Shown here: piece after piece, positions 1 through 9,586 of the stretch | How the letters are laid out: each line of letters starts with the position of its first letter | How positions within the stretch are numbered: position 1 is the stretch's first letter | Origin: Erysipelothrix inopinata | Lineage (GTDB): Bacteria; Bacillota_I; Bacilli_A; Erysipelotrichales; Erysipelotrichaceae | Direction of reading: 5' to 3' | Length of the DNA stretch: 32,000 bases | Assembly (NCBI RefSeq): GCF_014396165.1 | Contig: NZ_CP060715.1 | Coordinates: 660,001 to 692,000 of the forward strand | Program-made: the position numbers and the translations under genes | Notes under the pieces: generated by a model | Databases searched by the model: none | What the model saw: the letters and a program-made list of their open reading frames with translations, nothing else | What the model was told of the DNA's origin: nothing

Positions 1-653
1 TTATGCTTAATTTCTTTATTACGTGTAAAGACCATAACACTTGCTTCCAAGTTGTGCTCGTGAAAACGATCCAGACCGTATGAAAATATAAACGAATAGA
101 CTAAGGAATATAATGCAGTTTGAACATTATAGACCGCAAGACAAATTAGATAAATAATTGAGTTAATAACTAAGTAGATATTACCAATACTTCCTTTGTT
201 TTGTTGTGAACGATAGAATCCAATGATATCTAAACCACCACTGCTCCCTTTCGCTCTAAAAGATAGGGATGCACCAAATGAACCCAAGACTGCTGCAATA
301 AGTATCGCAACAAAGACATCCTCAACAATAGGTGTTTTTGGAATTGGAATATAAGTAAGACTTATCGTCTGAGACAAGACACTCAGAAGACTCAGTTTCA
401 CAAATTTCTTAGAAAGTCGTGACCAAGCGAAAATAAAAATAGGAATATTTAAACCAAGATTAATCAAACCAGCAATATCAAAATTAGGCTCAATTTTAAA
501 GACACTTTGGATCGCGTCCCTAAGTAATTGAGCAATTCCTGTAAAACCTCCGTTATAGATAGAAGCTGGAATGAGAAAAAGATTAACTGATAAAGCAAAT
601 AGAAACCCACCTAAAATGATGTAACCGTATCTTTTAATATTATTCATGCCCAT
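1..653 (-). CDS. YitT-family integral membrane protein, N-terminal part (3' end runs off the window)
   Basis: Manual minus-strand translation from ATG 653 (alternative in-frame ATGs at 647 and 671) gives MGMNNIKRYGYIILGGFLFALSVNLFLIPASIYNGGFTG...FRAKGSSGGLDIIGFYRS... The frame stays open down to position 1. It is hydrophobic and YitT-like. It is absent from the ORF track because no stop lies in the window. Confidence 0.75.
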   Translation of the reverse strand, partial: MGMNNIKRYGYIILGGFLFALSVNLFLIPASIYNGGFTGIAQLLRDAIQSVFKIEPNFDIAGLINLGLNIPIFIFAWSRLSKKFVKLSLLSVLSQTISLTYIPIPKTPIVEDVFVAILIAAVLGSFGASLSFRAKGSSGGLDIIGFYRSQQNKGSIGNIYLVINSIIYLICLAVYNVQTALYSLVYSFIFSYGLDRFHEHNLEASVMVFTRNKEIKH

Positions 654-1048
654 ATTATAACATTTAATCATCAGATTATTGTGGTTTCTGTCACATATAA
701 TATCGATATAGATAACTCTAGAAATATTAAAAATAGTCCTCCAGATTGAGAAAATAAATTATTCAATGTGAAACATAGTGAGATACTAACACAGGGTGTT
801 ACAAATGTGATAGAATTGTGTAAAGTAAAGACTTGATAATCCAAGCCTTTATCAAGATTATGCAATATACTTTGGAACATTAGCCCCATGAATTATTTTG
901 TGAAGAAAAATACTGTTTGAGAAAAGAGTGTTTTTCATCGTTGAATTTAGTATAATGAATGCATTATTTTTATAATTATCAAACGTACGCACTCTTATTG
1001 AGAAACAATTTGAAGTTATTTCACAACATAAAAAAGGAACTATACACT

Positions 1049-1462
1049 ATGAGTCATTTTAATATCAAAACAGTCAATCAAAAACAAAGGTTTGGAATCG
1101 CAACACTATTGGGACTTCTTACAGGAGCACTCTTAGGATTTGCAGTTGGATTTATTCGTTCCATACCAAACTTTAATATTTCAATTTTTATTATCATTAT
1201 TGGTTATGGTGTCGCAACAGTCGTTCGCTACTTCGGACGAGGCATTCAGCTTAAGTTTTCGTTGGTCGCATGTTTAGCGACAATCTTAGGAATTTTGATT
1301 TCAGATGTTATCGCGACATTTGGGGTAGCAGGCTTAATGGTTGCGGAAAACTACCAAATTACATTAAAATTTATGTATCAACAAGATATGTATACCTTAG
1401 TTTGGGTAATTTATCGAGCCCTCGCAATATACATTGCATATAACTATTCGCGAATATTATAA
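1049..1462 (+). CDS. hypothetical small multi-pass membrane protein (137 aa)
   Basis: This is the internal ATG of track ORF 959..1462 (MSHFNIKTVNQKQRFG...), preceded by aaaaggaa. It has about four hydrophobic segments and I recognise no family. A perfect TATAAT lies at 951-956 upstream. Confidence 0.5.
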   Translation: MSHFNIKTVNQKQRFGIATLLGLLTGALLGFAVGFIRSIPNFNISIFIIIIGYGVATVVRYFGRGIQLKFSLVACLATILGILISDVIATFGVAGLMVAENYQITLKFMYQQDMYTLVWVIYRALAIYIAYNYSRIL

Positions 1463-1478
1463 GATTAGAGGATTTAAC

Positions 1479-2513
1479 ATGAGCATTAGAGAAACCTGGA
1501 TAGAAATATCCAAAAGCAATTGTATCCATAACTACGAACGCCTTAAAGAAGCAACACAAAAAGAAATCATGCCAGTGGTCAAAGGCAATGCATACGGTCA
1601 TGGTGATACAATGATTTCACAAATATTAGAAGAACACGGAGCACCGATGCTGTGTGTCTTTTCTTATGATGAAGCAATCAAACTAGAGAAAGATGGAATC
1701 AAAACAGATATCCTTATTTTTAGTAATGTTGAGTTGAGTGACATCGAAGCATATCATCAGCCAAATTTTATTTATACTATTTCGTCAGAAGACTGGTATC
1801 AAAAAATAAAAGGAACGAATTTAGATGTTCGTTTTCATATTGAAATTAATACCGGAATGAATCGATCTGGATTTAGAAATAGAGATGTCATTGAAGCGGT
1901 ATTAAGTGATTTAAACGTTGAGGGAATTTACACTCATTTCCAAAGTCCTACGAACATGGAAAAAGGAAAGCTTCAACTGGAAAAGTTTAAAGAAATGATA
2001 AAGTCCCTTAATCACGACTTCGCATGGATTCATGTTGGCAATGCACCGTTAGAATTAGTTAAACGCGAAACATGGATTAATAGTTTCAGAGTTGGTCTGG
2101 GTGTCTACGGCTATCGTGTGGATGTGGATAATCTTAAGCCAGTTCTAAGTATGTATTCCAATATTGTACATAAAGATACAGCATATGCAGGAGAGACAAT
2201 TGGTTATGATCATACTTATGATGTGATGGAAACAATGAGTTTCGCGACAATGTCGATTGGTTACGCTGACAACTTTGATGTGAGAAATCATGATGTTCCA
2301 GTATGGATCCGCGATACTTTTTATTCAATTGTCGGAAAAGTATGTATGAACCAAACGATGATGGCTGTAGATGAACGCATTCAAGTCGGTGATACAGTCG
2401 AACTCATTGGCTCTCATCGAACTTGTGACATGATATCAAAAGGCACAGGTATTTCAACCTATGCTATCTTGTCAACACTCTCAGAACGTATCGAAAGAAA
2501 ACTAACAAAATAA
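1479..2513 (+). CDS. alr: alanine racemase
   Basis: The start at MSIRETWIEI follows RBS agagga. The PLP-lysine motif VVKGNAYGHG and the overall Alr-like layout (..GMNRSGF.., ..VGLGVYGY.., ..SIGYADN..) are present. Confidence 0.9.
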   Translation: MSIRETWIEISKSNCIHNYERLKEATQKEIMPVVKGNAYGHGDTMISQILEEHGAPMLCVFSYDEAIKLEKDGIKTDILIFSNVELSDIEAYHQPNFIYTISSEDWYQKIKGTNLDVRFHIEINTGMNRSGFRNRDVIEAVLSDLNVEGIYTHFQSPTNMEKGKLQLEKFKEMIKSLNHDFAWIHVGNAPLELVKRETWINSFRVGLGVYGYRVDVDNLKPVLSMYSNIVHKDTAYAGETIGYDHTYDVMETMSFATMSIGYADNFDVRNHDVPVWIRDTFYSIVGKVCMNQTMMAVDERIQVGDTVELIGSHRTCDMISKGTGISTYAILSTLSERIERKLTK

Positions 2514-2541
2514 AAAAAAATCCGTCATTGCGGATTTTTTT
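2514..2541 (+). terminator. rho-independent terminator after alr
   Basis: An A-run is followed by the stem AATCCG / CGGATT with loop tcattg, then TTTTTTT. Confidence 0.8.
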
Positions 2542-2565
2542 GTATATATGCATCTTGTATAAATC

Positions 2566-2594
2566 TTGAATCGTCATCATAACTATGTTATCTT
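2566..2594 (+). promoter_or_regulatory. candidate sigmaA promoter for the typA leader
   Basis: The -35 is TTGAAT (2566-2571), the spacer is 17 nt, and TGt precedes the -10 TATCTT (2589-2594), giving an extended -10. Confidence 0.4.
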
Positions 2595-2614
2595 ATTCGA
2601 AACGAGGTGAAACT

Positions 2615-2668
2615 ATGTCTACATACCAAATGTACATCGACATGATACCTCCACTACCCGAGTGTTAA
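2615..2668 (+). CDS. possible 17-codon leader peptide MSTYQMYIDMIPPLPEC (speculative)
   Basis: RBS gaggtg lies 5 nt upstream of the ATG, and the ORF sits at the 5' end of the predicted typA transcript. An 8-bp hairpin (2673-2680 / 2694-2701) follows, then a weak hairpin plus U-run (2713-2731). Confidence 0.2.
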   Translation: MSTYQMYIDMIPPLPEC

Positions 2669-2756
2669 TCTAGAGATATCACCCGAAGTGGCAGATATCT
2701 CATAAAAAACTTGGCTCAACTGAGTCTTTTTGTATTATGAGAAAGTGAAGATTAAC

Positions 2757-4523
2757 ATGAAAAAAATAATAAATATCGCTGTCATCGCACACGTCGATGC
2801 AGGTAAAAGTACGCTTGTTGAGAACTTAATTCAGAAAACAAGCAATTTTAAGAGTGATGCGGTCCAAGAATTAAACTTTATGGATGCGAATCAGTTGGAG
2901 AAAGAACGTGGTATTACAATCTATTCAAAAAATTGTGCCATAAATTATGAAGATTACCGTATCAACATTGTGGATACTCCTGGACATGCTGATTTCTCAA
3001 GTGAAGTCGAAAGAATCATTCGAACAGTGGATACCGCTATCCTGTTGGTGGATTGTGTTGAAGGGCCGATGCCACAAACTCGGTTTGTATTGAAAATGGC
3101 GTTGAAATATAATCTCAAGCCAATCGTAGTTATCAACAAAATTGATAAACCGGAAGCACGGACAGAAGAAGTTCTTGAAGAAATCTACGAATTATTTATG
3201 GAACTTAATTCAACGGATGAACAATTGGAGTTTCCGGTACTTTATGGTGTGACCAAATTAGGAAGCATCAGTAGTGAAATGAAAATCACTGAGAATATGA
3301 CAGATCTTTTGGACGCCATCACAAAAACCTATGAAGAAAATAATAAGCAGAAAGATCCTTTCTTATTCCAAGTATCAACGCTTGCCTACGATAATTATCG
3401 AGGTAAATTGGCGATTGGAAAAATATATCAAGGAAACATCCGAGTGGGGCAGTGGGTTGACATGCATGATACTGAAGGGAATGTGACAAGTAAACAAATC
3501 AAATCAATACAACATTATGAATCAACTCAAGCTAGAGACATCGATTATGCAAATACTGGTGACATTGTCATGATTTCTGGGATTTCTGAGATTACAATCG
3601 GCGATAGTTTATGTGAGAGTGGATCAAATATATCACTACCAGCGTTGACGATTGAAGAACCAACATTAAGTGTCATCATTGGAGTCAATGGATCAGCGTT
3701 AGCAGGGAAAGAAGGAGCGTTTCTTACATCTCGACAAATTTATGAACGCTTGATGCGTGAAATTGAAGTCAACGTAGGTTTAAAAGTTGAACAAACTGAA
3801 TCGGCTGATCGTTTTAAAGTTTTTGGACGTGGAGAACTTCATCTATCCATACTTTTGGAAACAATGCGTCGAGAGGGTTATGAGTTTGAGGTGGAAAATC
3901 CAAAGATTAATTACCATGAAGATGATGGGATTATCTATGAGCCCTATCAAAAAGCATATATTGATATTCCTGAGATGTATCAAGGAACTATTATGCAAGC
4001 GATGCATGAAAAACAAGGTGTTCTTGAAAATATTGAACATCAAGGAGAACGTGTGATTCAGGAGTGGTGTGTTCCACTGAAAATGTTATTAGGATTTAGA
4101 ACAGAATTTATCACACTAACAAAAGGGAGAGGCATCATGGTAAGTCTTTTTGATGGATATAAAAAGAAGACGAGCCGAGAGTCACAACGTGTCAACGGTT
4201 CATTAATCTCGATGACTTCTGGAACATCAATGAGTTATCCTATGTTTCATCTACAATCACGAGGGCACTATTTTATTGGTGCTCAAGTTGATGTCTATCC
4301 CGGAATGGTTGTAGGGATTGCCTCGAAGAGTAAGGATCTCGAAATTAATATCACCCGTAATAAAAGGTTAAATAGTTTTAGAGGTAATGGAAATGGTGGA
4401 AAAGAAGAAGCATTAAAACTAAAGGACCCAATAGATTTAACGCTTGAATACGCACTTGCCTATATTGATAGTACAGAAGTGGTGGAAATTACACCGAAAA
4501 ATATCCGAATTCGTAAATTATAA
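2757..4523 (+). CDS. typA: translational GTPase TypA/BipA
   Basis: [20 protein letters not shown] (G1), DTPGHADF (G3) and NKIDK (G4) are present, with an EF-G-like domain order and a BipA-type C-terminus. I chose the ATG at 2757 over the TTG at 2730. Confidence 0.93.
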   Translation: MKKIINIAVIAHVDAGKSTLVENLIQKTSNFKSDAVQELNFMDANQLEKERGITIYSKNCAINYEDYRINIVDTPGHADFSSEVERIIRTVDTAILLVDCVEGPMPQTRFVLKMALKYNLKPIVVINKIDKPEARTEEVLEEIYELFMELNSTDEQLEFPVLYGVTKLGSISSEMKITENMTDLLDAITKTYEENNKQKDPFLFQVSTLAYDNYRGKLAIGKIYQGNIRVGQWVDMHDTEGNVTSKQIKSIQHYESTQARDIDYANTGDIVMISGISEITIGDSLCESGSNISLPALTIEEPTLSVIIGVNGSALAGKEGAFLTSRQIYERLMREIEVNVGLKVEQTESADRFKVFGRGELHLSILLETMRREGYEFEVENPKINYHEDDGIIYEPYQKAYIDIPEMYQGTIMQAMHEKQGVLENIEHQGERVIQEWCVPLKMLLGFRTEFITLTKGRGIMVSLFDGYKKKTSRESQRVNGSLISMTSGTSMSYPMFHLQSRGHYFIGAQVDVYPGMVVGIASKSKDLEINITRNKRLNSFRGNGNGGKEEALKLKDPIDLTLEYALAYIDSTEVVEITPKNIRIRKL

Positions 4524-4551
4524 AACAAGTCGCCTTGGCGACTTGTTTAGT
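4523..4551. terminator. bidirectional terminator shared by typA and rmuC
   Basis: AAACAAGTCGCC tt GGCGACTTGTTT forms an 11-12 bp stem flanked by A- and T-runs. It overlaps the rmuC stop codon. Confidence 0.85.
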
Positions 4552-5764
4552 TTTCTGAATCATCTATGGAGATGGATTGATGAGTATCAAGGTCAACATT
4601 TGAAATAGCATCAAATCGCTTGGTAATCTTATCGCTAGTGATGTTGATTTTTTTGAAGTCCTCATGAATACCATCCATACGTCTCTCTAGTGCAGACCAA
4701 CGTTCTTTGTATCGTGTAAACTCGACACCAAGTTGTTTGAGCTCTTGTTGGATGATGGCAGCATATTTATCACGTTCCATATTAATAAGAATAGTTTGAA
4801 TGGTAGTGAGGGTACTCATCAGTGTTGTGGGTGAAACAATCCAAACCCGTTTTTGTTGAGAGTAGGTAATAATTTCAGGATGGTAAGCGTGAATTGTAGC
4901 GAACACAGCTTCTGCAGGAACAAACATGATAGCTTGATCGGAGGTTACTCCAGGAATAATATACTTTTGGGAGATAGCATCAATATGTTTCTTGCAATCT
5001 TGAACAAACATTCTCTTGGCTTGAAGGTTTTCAGCTGAATTGGGTGGCGTATCGACCATTCGTTGATAGTTTTCAAGTGGGAACTTCGAGTCGATTGCAA
5101 TGGTTCCTAGAGGTTCGGGTGCAAAGAGTACAGCATCACTACGAACACCCGTATCAAATGAGTATTGGAGTTGGTAAACTTTGTCATTTCTATCACCGAA
5201 GATAGAAGCAAATATTTGATGAAGTTGAATCTCTCCAAATGCGCCACGTGTTTTTTTATCGGTAAGAATGTCTTGAAGTGAAATAATGTCGGTGGATAAT
5301 GCATCAATTTTTTTCTGGGCTTCATCAATCTTACTGAGACGTGAGACGATGTTTGTGAATGTTTCGTTAGTTTTCTTAAAACCATCTTCAAGATTTTGAT
5401 TAACTTTTTGATCCATTAAGAGGAGTCGTCTCTCAACGGTTTCTTGAAGGGATGTGAATTGTTGATTCATTGTTTGGTTGAGCTTATCTTGAAATTGCAC
5501 CAGATTTGTAGCGGTTGCTTTTTCGAATTGAGAGTTTCTTTGGTCTAAGCCTGTAATTCTTTGATCCATGCGATCTGTAAATTGATTGAATTTTTGGTTC
5601 AGGGATTCTTGAGATTGATACTCAAATTCTTGCATAGAATGTAACAGGGATTGCATTTGAAGTTGGAGGTCTTTATCATCACTTTTAGGTTTTTTGAGAA
5701 GTACTAGAATGAAGACCAATAAAATGAGTATAAGGCTGCATAAGACAATGAGTATGATATCCAT
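4547..5764 (-). CDS. rmuC: DNA recombination protein RmuC
   Basis: An N-terminal TM helix is followed by a long Q/E-rich coiled coil. The C-terminal RmuC nuclease-like core follows (..KTRGAFGEIQL.., ..AIDSKFPLENY.., ..MFVPAEAVF..). Confidence 0.88.
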   Translation of the reverse strand: MDIILIVLCSLILILLVFILVLLKKPKSDDKDLQLQMQSLLHSMQEFEYQSQESLNQKFNQFTDRMDQRITGLDQRNSQFEKATATNLVQFQDKLNQTMNQQFTSLQETVERRLLLMDQKVNQNLEDGFKKTNETFTNIVSRLSKIDEAQKKIDALSTDIISLQDILTDKKTRGAFGEIQLHQIFASIFGDRNDKVYQLQYSFDTGVRSDAVLFAPEPLGTIAIDSKFPLENYQRMVDTPPNSAENLQAKRMFVQDCKKHIDAISQKYIIPGVTSDQAIMFVPAEAVFATIHAYHPEIITYSQQKRVWIVSPTTLMSTLTTIQTILINMERDKYAAIIQQELKQLGVEFTRYKERWSALERRMDGIHEDFKKINITSDKITKRFDAISNVDLDTHQSISIDDSEN

Positions 5765-5850
5765 AAATTCTCCTTTTAAAATACGTTGTGAACTAGTGTG
5801 ATTGTAACATAGAAGCCTAAATTATAGTATACTGAGATTGAGGTGAAGTC

Positions 5851-6762
5851 ATGAAAAAAATAGGATTAGCATTGTCTGGTGGCGGGATTAAATCAATATC
5901 ACAGGTTCCCGTAATTAAAGCCATTCTTAAAGAAGAAGTAAGTATTGATATGGTCTCTGGAACATCGATGGGATCGGTAATTGCAGCGCTTGTTGCATGT
6001 GGATTGGATGCGGACAAACTTGAAGAAGTGGTTCTTGCACTTGAAAGTGAAATTAAAGAGAAACGTTTGTTCTCAAGACCCAGTGCCAAAGTTATTCCAT
6101 TCATGTCGAAAGAAAAACTAATTGGTGGTTTTGTGGATGGGGAAGAGCTTGAAATAGTAATGGAACGTACCCTTCGTGAACTCGGTATCTATTGGATTAA
6201 GGATGTAAAGATTCCGCTTGCAATTCCATCAGTAGATGTTGTGACAGGAAAAATTGTACTCTTTGTTTCACATCCTGAACAATTTAAGAATATTCATCCT
6301 GATTGGGAGATTGTGACTGATATATCGCTAGCCAAAGCGGTGCGTGCGTCGTGTTCTTTCCCATTTGTAATCGCAGCATGTGAACATGAGGGATATGTTT
6401 TAGTGGATGGTGGTATTCGTATGAATTTACCGCTTGATCCTCTCTATAGCTATGGTGCTGATAAAACAATTGCCGTTACAATGCATACCAACGAAGAATT
6501 TAGAAACTTAGAATCTTTAATGGGAATGGCAGTACGCATTATGGACTTAATGCGCATTGAGGAAGATCAACATATCATTGAACGTGCGGATGTACACATT
6601 AATATCCCTCTCGATGATGTCTGGGTTTTTGAAGTAGGTAAAGGTATGGAAACAATTGTTCAAGGAGAACAAGCGGTCAGTGATCACTTGGCTGAAATTA
6701 AGAATCTAACCAAAGAGGAGTCCTTACTCGAAATCTTGAAAGAGTGGCTCAATGTTAAGTAA
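5851..6762 (+). CDS. patatin-like phospholipase family protein
   Basis: The oxyanion motif SGGGIKS, the nucleophile elbow GTSMG and the Asp of the dyad in VDGGIRMN are present. The RBS is gaggtg. Confidence 0.85.
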   Translation: MKKIGLALSGGGIKSISQVPVIKAILKEEVSIDMVSGTSMGSVIAALVACGLDADKLEEVVLALESEIKEKRLFSRPSAKVIPFMSKEKLIGGFVDGEELEIVMERTLRELGIYWIKDVKIPLAIPSVDVVTGKIVLFVSHPEQFKNIHPDWEIVTDISLAKAVRASCSFPFVIAACEHEGYVLVDGGIRMNLPLDPLYSYGADKTIAVTMHTNEEFRNLESLMGMAVRIMDLMRIEEDQHIIERADVHINIPLDDVWVFEVGKGMETIVQGEQAVSDHLAEIKNLTKEESLLEILKEWLNVK

Positions 6763-7570
6763 ACAGCTAAACAATGGTGTCGAAATACCTGTGCTCGGTT
6801 TCGGTACTTACCGTCTTTTGGGCCAGGATGCTTATGACATCGTGACTGAAGCAATTAAAGTAGGGTATCGCCATTTCGATACTGCGACAGTTTATAATAA
6901 TGAAGCAGAAGTGGGTCAAGCAATTTTAGATAGTGGTATTGAAAGAGAGTCCTTCTTTGTTACTACGAAACTCTATAATGATGATCAACTTGGCCACGAT
7001 CATATCATTCAAACTTTTGAGAAATCTTTAGATTTGCTTCAAATGGATTATGTTGATTTATATTTGATTCACTGGCCACTACCTGTCTCGAAAGAGTCTT
7101 GGAAAGCGCTGGAAGAGATTTATAAATCTGGAAAGGCGCGTGCTATTGGTTTGTCTAACTTTGAGATAGAGCACTTGAAATTAATTGAAGAGATTGCGAC
7201 TGTTAAGCCAATGGTTAACCAATTTGAGAGACATCCTTATTTACAACAAAATGAACTTCATGACTATTGTGTTGAACAAGGAATAGTCTGTGAAGCATGG
7301 ATGCCGATTGCTCGCGGAGAAGCGAATAATGAACCGCAACTTATAGATATTAGTAATAAGCACAATAAGACAGTGCCGCAGATTCTACTGAGATGGCAAA
7401 TTCAATCGGGATACGTTGTATTCCCTAAAACAAAAACGTTGACTCGAGTTCAAGAGAATTTTGATATCTTTGATTTTGAATTGAATGCTGCTGAAATGGA
7501 AATTATTAATAGTTTGGATTCTCAAACACGTTATGGTACTGATCCACGTAAATATAATTTTGTAGAGTGA
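6752..7570 (+). CDS. aldo/keto reductase (2,5-diketo-D-gluconate reductase-like)
   Basis: LGFGTY.., HFDTA..Y.NE, the LYLIHWP motif and ..IGLSNF.. are present in a typical 272-aa AKR. It overlaps the patatin gene by 11 nt. Confidence 0.9.
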   Translation: MLSKQLNNGVEIPVLGFGTYRLLGQDAYDIVTEAIKVGYRHFDTATVYNNEAEVGQAILDSGIERESFFVTTKLYNDDQLGHDHIIQTFEKSLDLLQMDYVDLYLIHWPLPVSKESWKALEEIYKSGKARAIGLSNFEIEHLKLIEEIATVKPMVNQFERHPYLQQNELHDYCVEQGIVCEAWMPIARGEANNEPQLIDISNKHNKTVPQILLRWQIQSGYVVFPKTKTLTRVQENFDIFDFELNAAEMEIINSLDSQTRYGTDPRKYNFVE

Positions 7571-7595
7571 TTTCTTCGGAAATCATTCTTTTTTG
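7568..7595 (+). terminator. rho-independent terminator after the AKR gene
   Basis: The stem TGATTTC / GAAATCA has a TTCG tetraloop and is followed by ttcTTTTTT. Confidence 0.85.
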
Positions 7596-7605
7596 TTCAA
7601 TTAGA

Positions 7606-7634
7606 TTGAGTTCTAATGCGTTAGTTGGTATACT
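7606..7634 (+). promoter_or_regulatory. candidate sigmaA promoter of the P-type ATPase gene
   Basis: The -35 is TTGAGT (7606-7611), the spacer is 17 nt, and the extended -10 is TGgTATACT (7626-7634). Confidence 0.5.
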
Positions 7635-7641
7635 GTAATAG

Positions 7642-7656
7642 TGATAATCGTTATCA
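7642..7656. promoter_or_regulatory. Fur-type 7-1-7 operator
   Basis: TGATAATcGTTATCA matches the Bacillus Fur consensus TGATAATnATTATCA at 14 of 15 positions. It carries the Fur-discriminating G2/C14 rather than the PerR-type T2/A14. It lies between the -10 and the RBS. Confidence 0.6.
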
Positions 7657-7678
7657 ATATCAACTTAGGAGTGGAAAA

Positions 7679-9532
7679 ATGAAAAAGACATTGTGGAGTT
7701 TAAAAGAAACACTGATTTGTGGTGTGTTACTCGTTACTGGATTAGTGATTAATAATCAATGGAGTGATGCAATTTATATCCTTGCAATCATTATTGGCGG
7801 ATATAATCAAACAAAAGAAGGGATAATGGATACCCTAGAAAATAAACATCTTAATGTTGAACTCTTAATGATCCTGTCAGCAATCGGGGCGTGTTTGATT
7901 GGAAATGCATTAGAAGGTGCAATCTTAATTTTTATTTTCTCTTTATCAGGTGCTTTAGAAGAATTAACACTGGATCGAAGTCAACGTGAAATTCAGTCAT
8001 TAATGGCACTTCAACCAACAGAAGCAACGCGTCTCAAAGAAAATGGGAGCACCGAAGTCGTTGCAGTTGAGGACTTGAAAATTGGTGATAAATTAATTGT
8101 TGCTGTGGGAGATACCATTCCTACTGATGCCATAATTTATAAAGGCAAGAGTAGTCTTGAAGAAGCGGCAATTACAGGTGAAGCACTACCTGTTGAGAAA
8201 ACAGTTGGTGACGCTGTATTTGGGGGAACCATGAACGTAACCCATCCGTTAACATTAGAAGTAAACAGTGAGCCTGGTGATACATTAATTCAAAAAATTG
8301 TTCGTATGGTAGAAGAAGCTCAAAATTTCCCTTCAAAAACGGCGCGATTCATTGATACTTTAGAAGATTACTATGCACGAGTTGTGCTTGTGGTCGTATT
8401 TTTGGTGATTCTGATTCCTATTTTATTCATGGGTGAATCATTTGATGCTGCCTTTTATCGAGGAATGGTATTATTGGTTGTTGCCTCACCATGTGCGTTG
8501 ATTGCATCGGTAACACCTGCAACACTATCAGCTATTTCCAATGGTGCGAAACGTGGTATTTTAGTTAAAGGTGGTATTCATTTTGAGAATATGATGGATA
8601 CTAAAGCTGTAGCTTTTGATAAAACAGGAACACTTACACAAGGTGTTCCAGAGCTAACAGATTTACTCATTTTAAGTGATGAAAAAGAAGTGGCAATGGC
8701 AGTTGTTGCGATTGAACAGTATTCTTCACATCCACTTGCAAACGCAATCGTTAGTGGATTGTTTAAAAAGTATGAATTAGAAGAATATCCAGTTGCTGAT
8801 AATATTGAAGAACAAGCCGGATTTGGTATCTCGGGTATTTACCAAGGATCGCATTATAGAATTGGAAAACTGGAATATATGGAGGATGATGAACAATCAA
8901 TTGTAGACCAAGCATTGTTGTGGTCACAAAAAGGATCCTCAATTGTATATATCGAAAAGGACCATCAACTCATTGGTGTCCTTGGTTTAATCGATGTTGT
9001 TAGACCCGAAGCAAGAGCGTTAGTAAGCTGGTTAAATAATCAAGGAATTGCGACCATTATGATTACTGGTGATGTGGAAGAAACTGCACAATTTATCGCT
9101 AAAGATATCGGTCTAACACGCGTTGTTGCGAAAGCTCTTCCTCATGAAAAAGCAAATATTATCAACGATTTGGAAAAAGAGTATGGAACTGTCGTGATGG
9201 TTGGTGATGGTATTAATGATGCACCAGCTCTTGCTAATGCATCAATTGGAATTGCTATGGGTGGTGGTACAGATATCGCCATGGAAGCAGCAGATATTAT
9301 TCTTGTGAAAGATGATATTACCAGCATTCAATATGCAATCCAACTTTCTCAAAGATTAAGAAAGATTGTCATTCAAAATATTGTCTTCTCAATGAGTGTT
9401 ATTGCCATTCTTGTTGTATCCAACTTTATGAATAAAGTATCCCTTCCATTAGGGGTTGTCGGTCATGAAGGAAGCACAATCTTGGTAATTCTGAATAGTC
9501 TTAGACTTTTGAAACCCATTAAAAATAAATAA
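7679..9532 (+). CDS. P1B-4-type heavy-metal (Fe2+/Co2+/Zn2+) exporting P-type ATPase, PfeT/FrvA/CtpD-like
   Basis: The start MKKTLWS follows RBS aggagtgg. There is no N-terminal HMA domain. TM motifs SPC (VVASPCAL) and HEGST are present, with DKTGTLT, TGD and GDGINDAP. Confidence 0.9.
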   Translation: MKKTLWSLKETLICGVLLVTGLVINNQWSDAIYILAIIIGGYNQTKEGIMDTLENKHLNVELLMILSAIGACLIGNALEGAILIFIFSLSGALEELTLDRSQREIQSLMALQPTEATRLKENGSTEVVAVEDLKIGDKLIVAVGDTIPTDAIIYKGKSSLEEAAITGEALPVEKTVGDAVFGGTMNVTHPLTLEVNSEPGDTLIQKIVRMVEEAQNFPSKTARFIDTLEDYYARVVLVVVFLVILIPILFMGESFDAAFYRGMVLLVVASPCALIASVTPATLSAISNGAKRGILVKGGIHFENMMDTKAVAFDKTGTLTQGVPELTDLLILSDEKEVAMAVVAIEQYSSHPLANAIVSGLFKKYELEEYPVADNIEEQAGFGISGIYQGSHYRIGKLEYMEDDEQSIVDQALLWSQKGSSIVYIEKDHQLIGVLGLIDVVRPEARALVSWLNNQGIATIMITGDVEETAQFIAKDIGLTRVVAKALPHEKANIINDLEKEYGTVVMVGDGINDAPALANASIGIAMGGGTDIAMEAADIILVKDDITSIQYAIQLSQRLRKIVIQNIVFSMSVIAILVVSNFMNKVSLPLGVVGHEGSTILVILNSLRLLKPIKNK

Positions 9533-9543
9533 GAAGAGATGAA

Positions 9544-9575
9544 AAAAGAGTATTCACAATTGTGAATACTCTTTT
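9544..9575. terminator. bidirectional terminator between the ATPase gene and eda
   Basis: AAAAGAGTATTCACAATTGTGAATACTCTTTT is a perfect 32-nt palindrome with A/T runs on both sides. Confidence 0.85.
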
Positions 9576-9586
9576 TATGTGGAAAA

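Noticed and set aside
832-856. Inverted repeat CTTGATAA-n9-TTATCAAG
   Set aside because: It is a real 8-bp palindrome, but it has no U-run and no gene to terminate. It could be an operator, but I cannot tie it to any regulator.
671-889. 72-aa minus-strand ORF in the yitT / membrane-protein divergent spacer
   Set aside because: It has no RBS, an odd low-complexity composition and no recognisable family. It lies in an AT-rich promoter region, so it is probably a chance ORF.
4547-6762. RmuC plus a divergent patatin-like phospholipase considered as a phage-defence pair (CBASS/CapV-like)
   Set aside because: No cyclase, sensor, helicase or other defence partner is nearby. RmuC has the canonical housekeeping TM plus coiled-coil architecture, and the patatin gene is coupled to an ordinary aldo-keto reductase.
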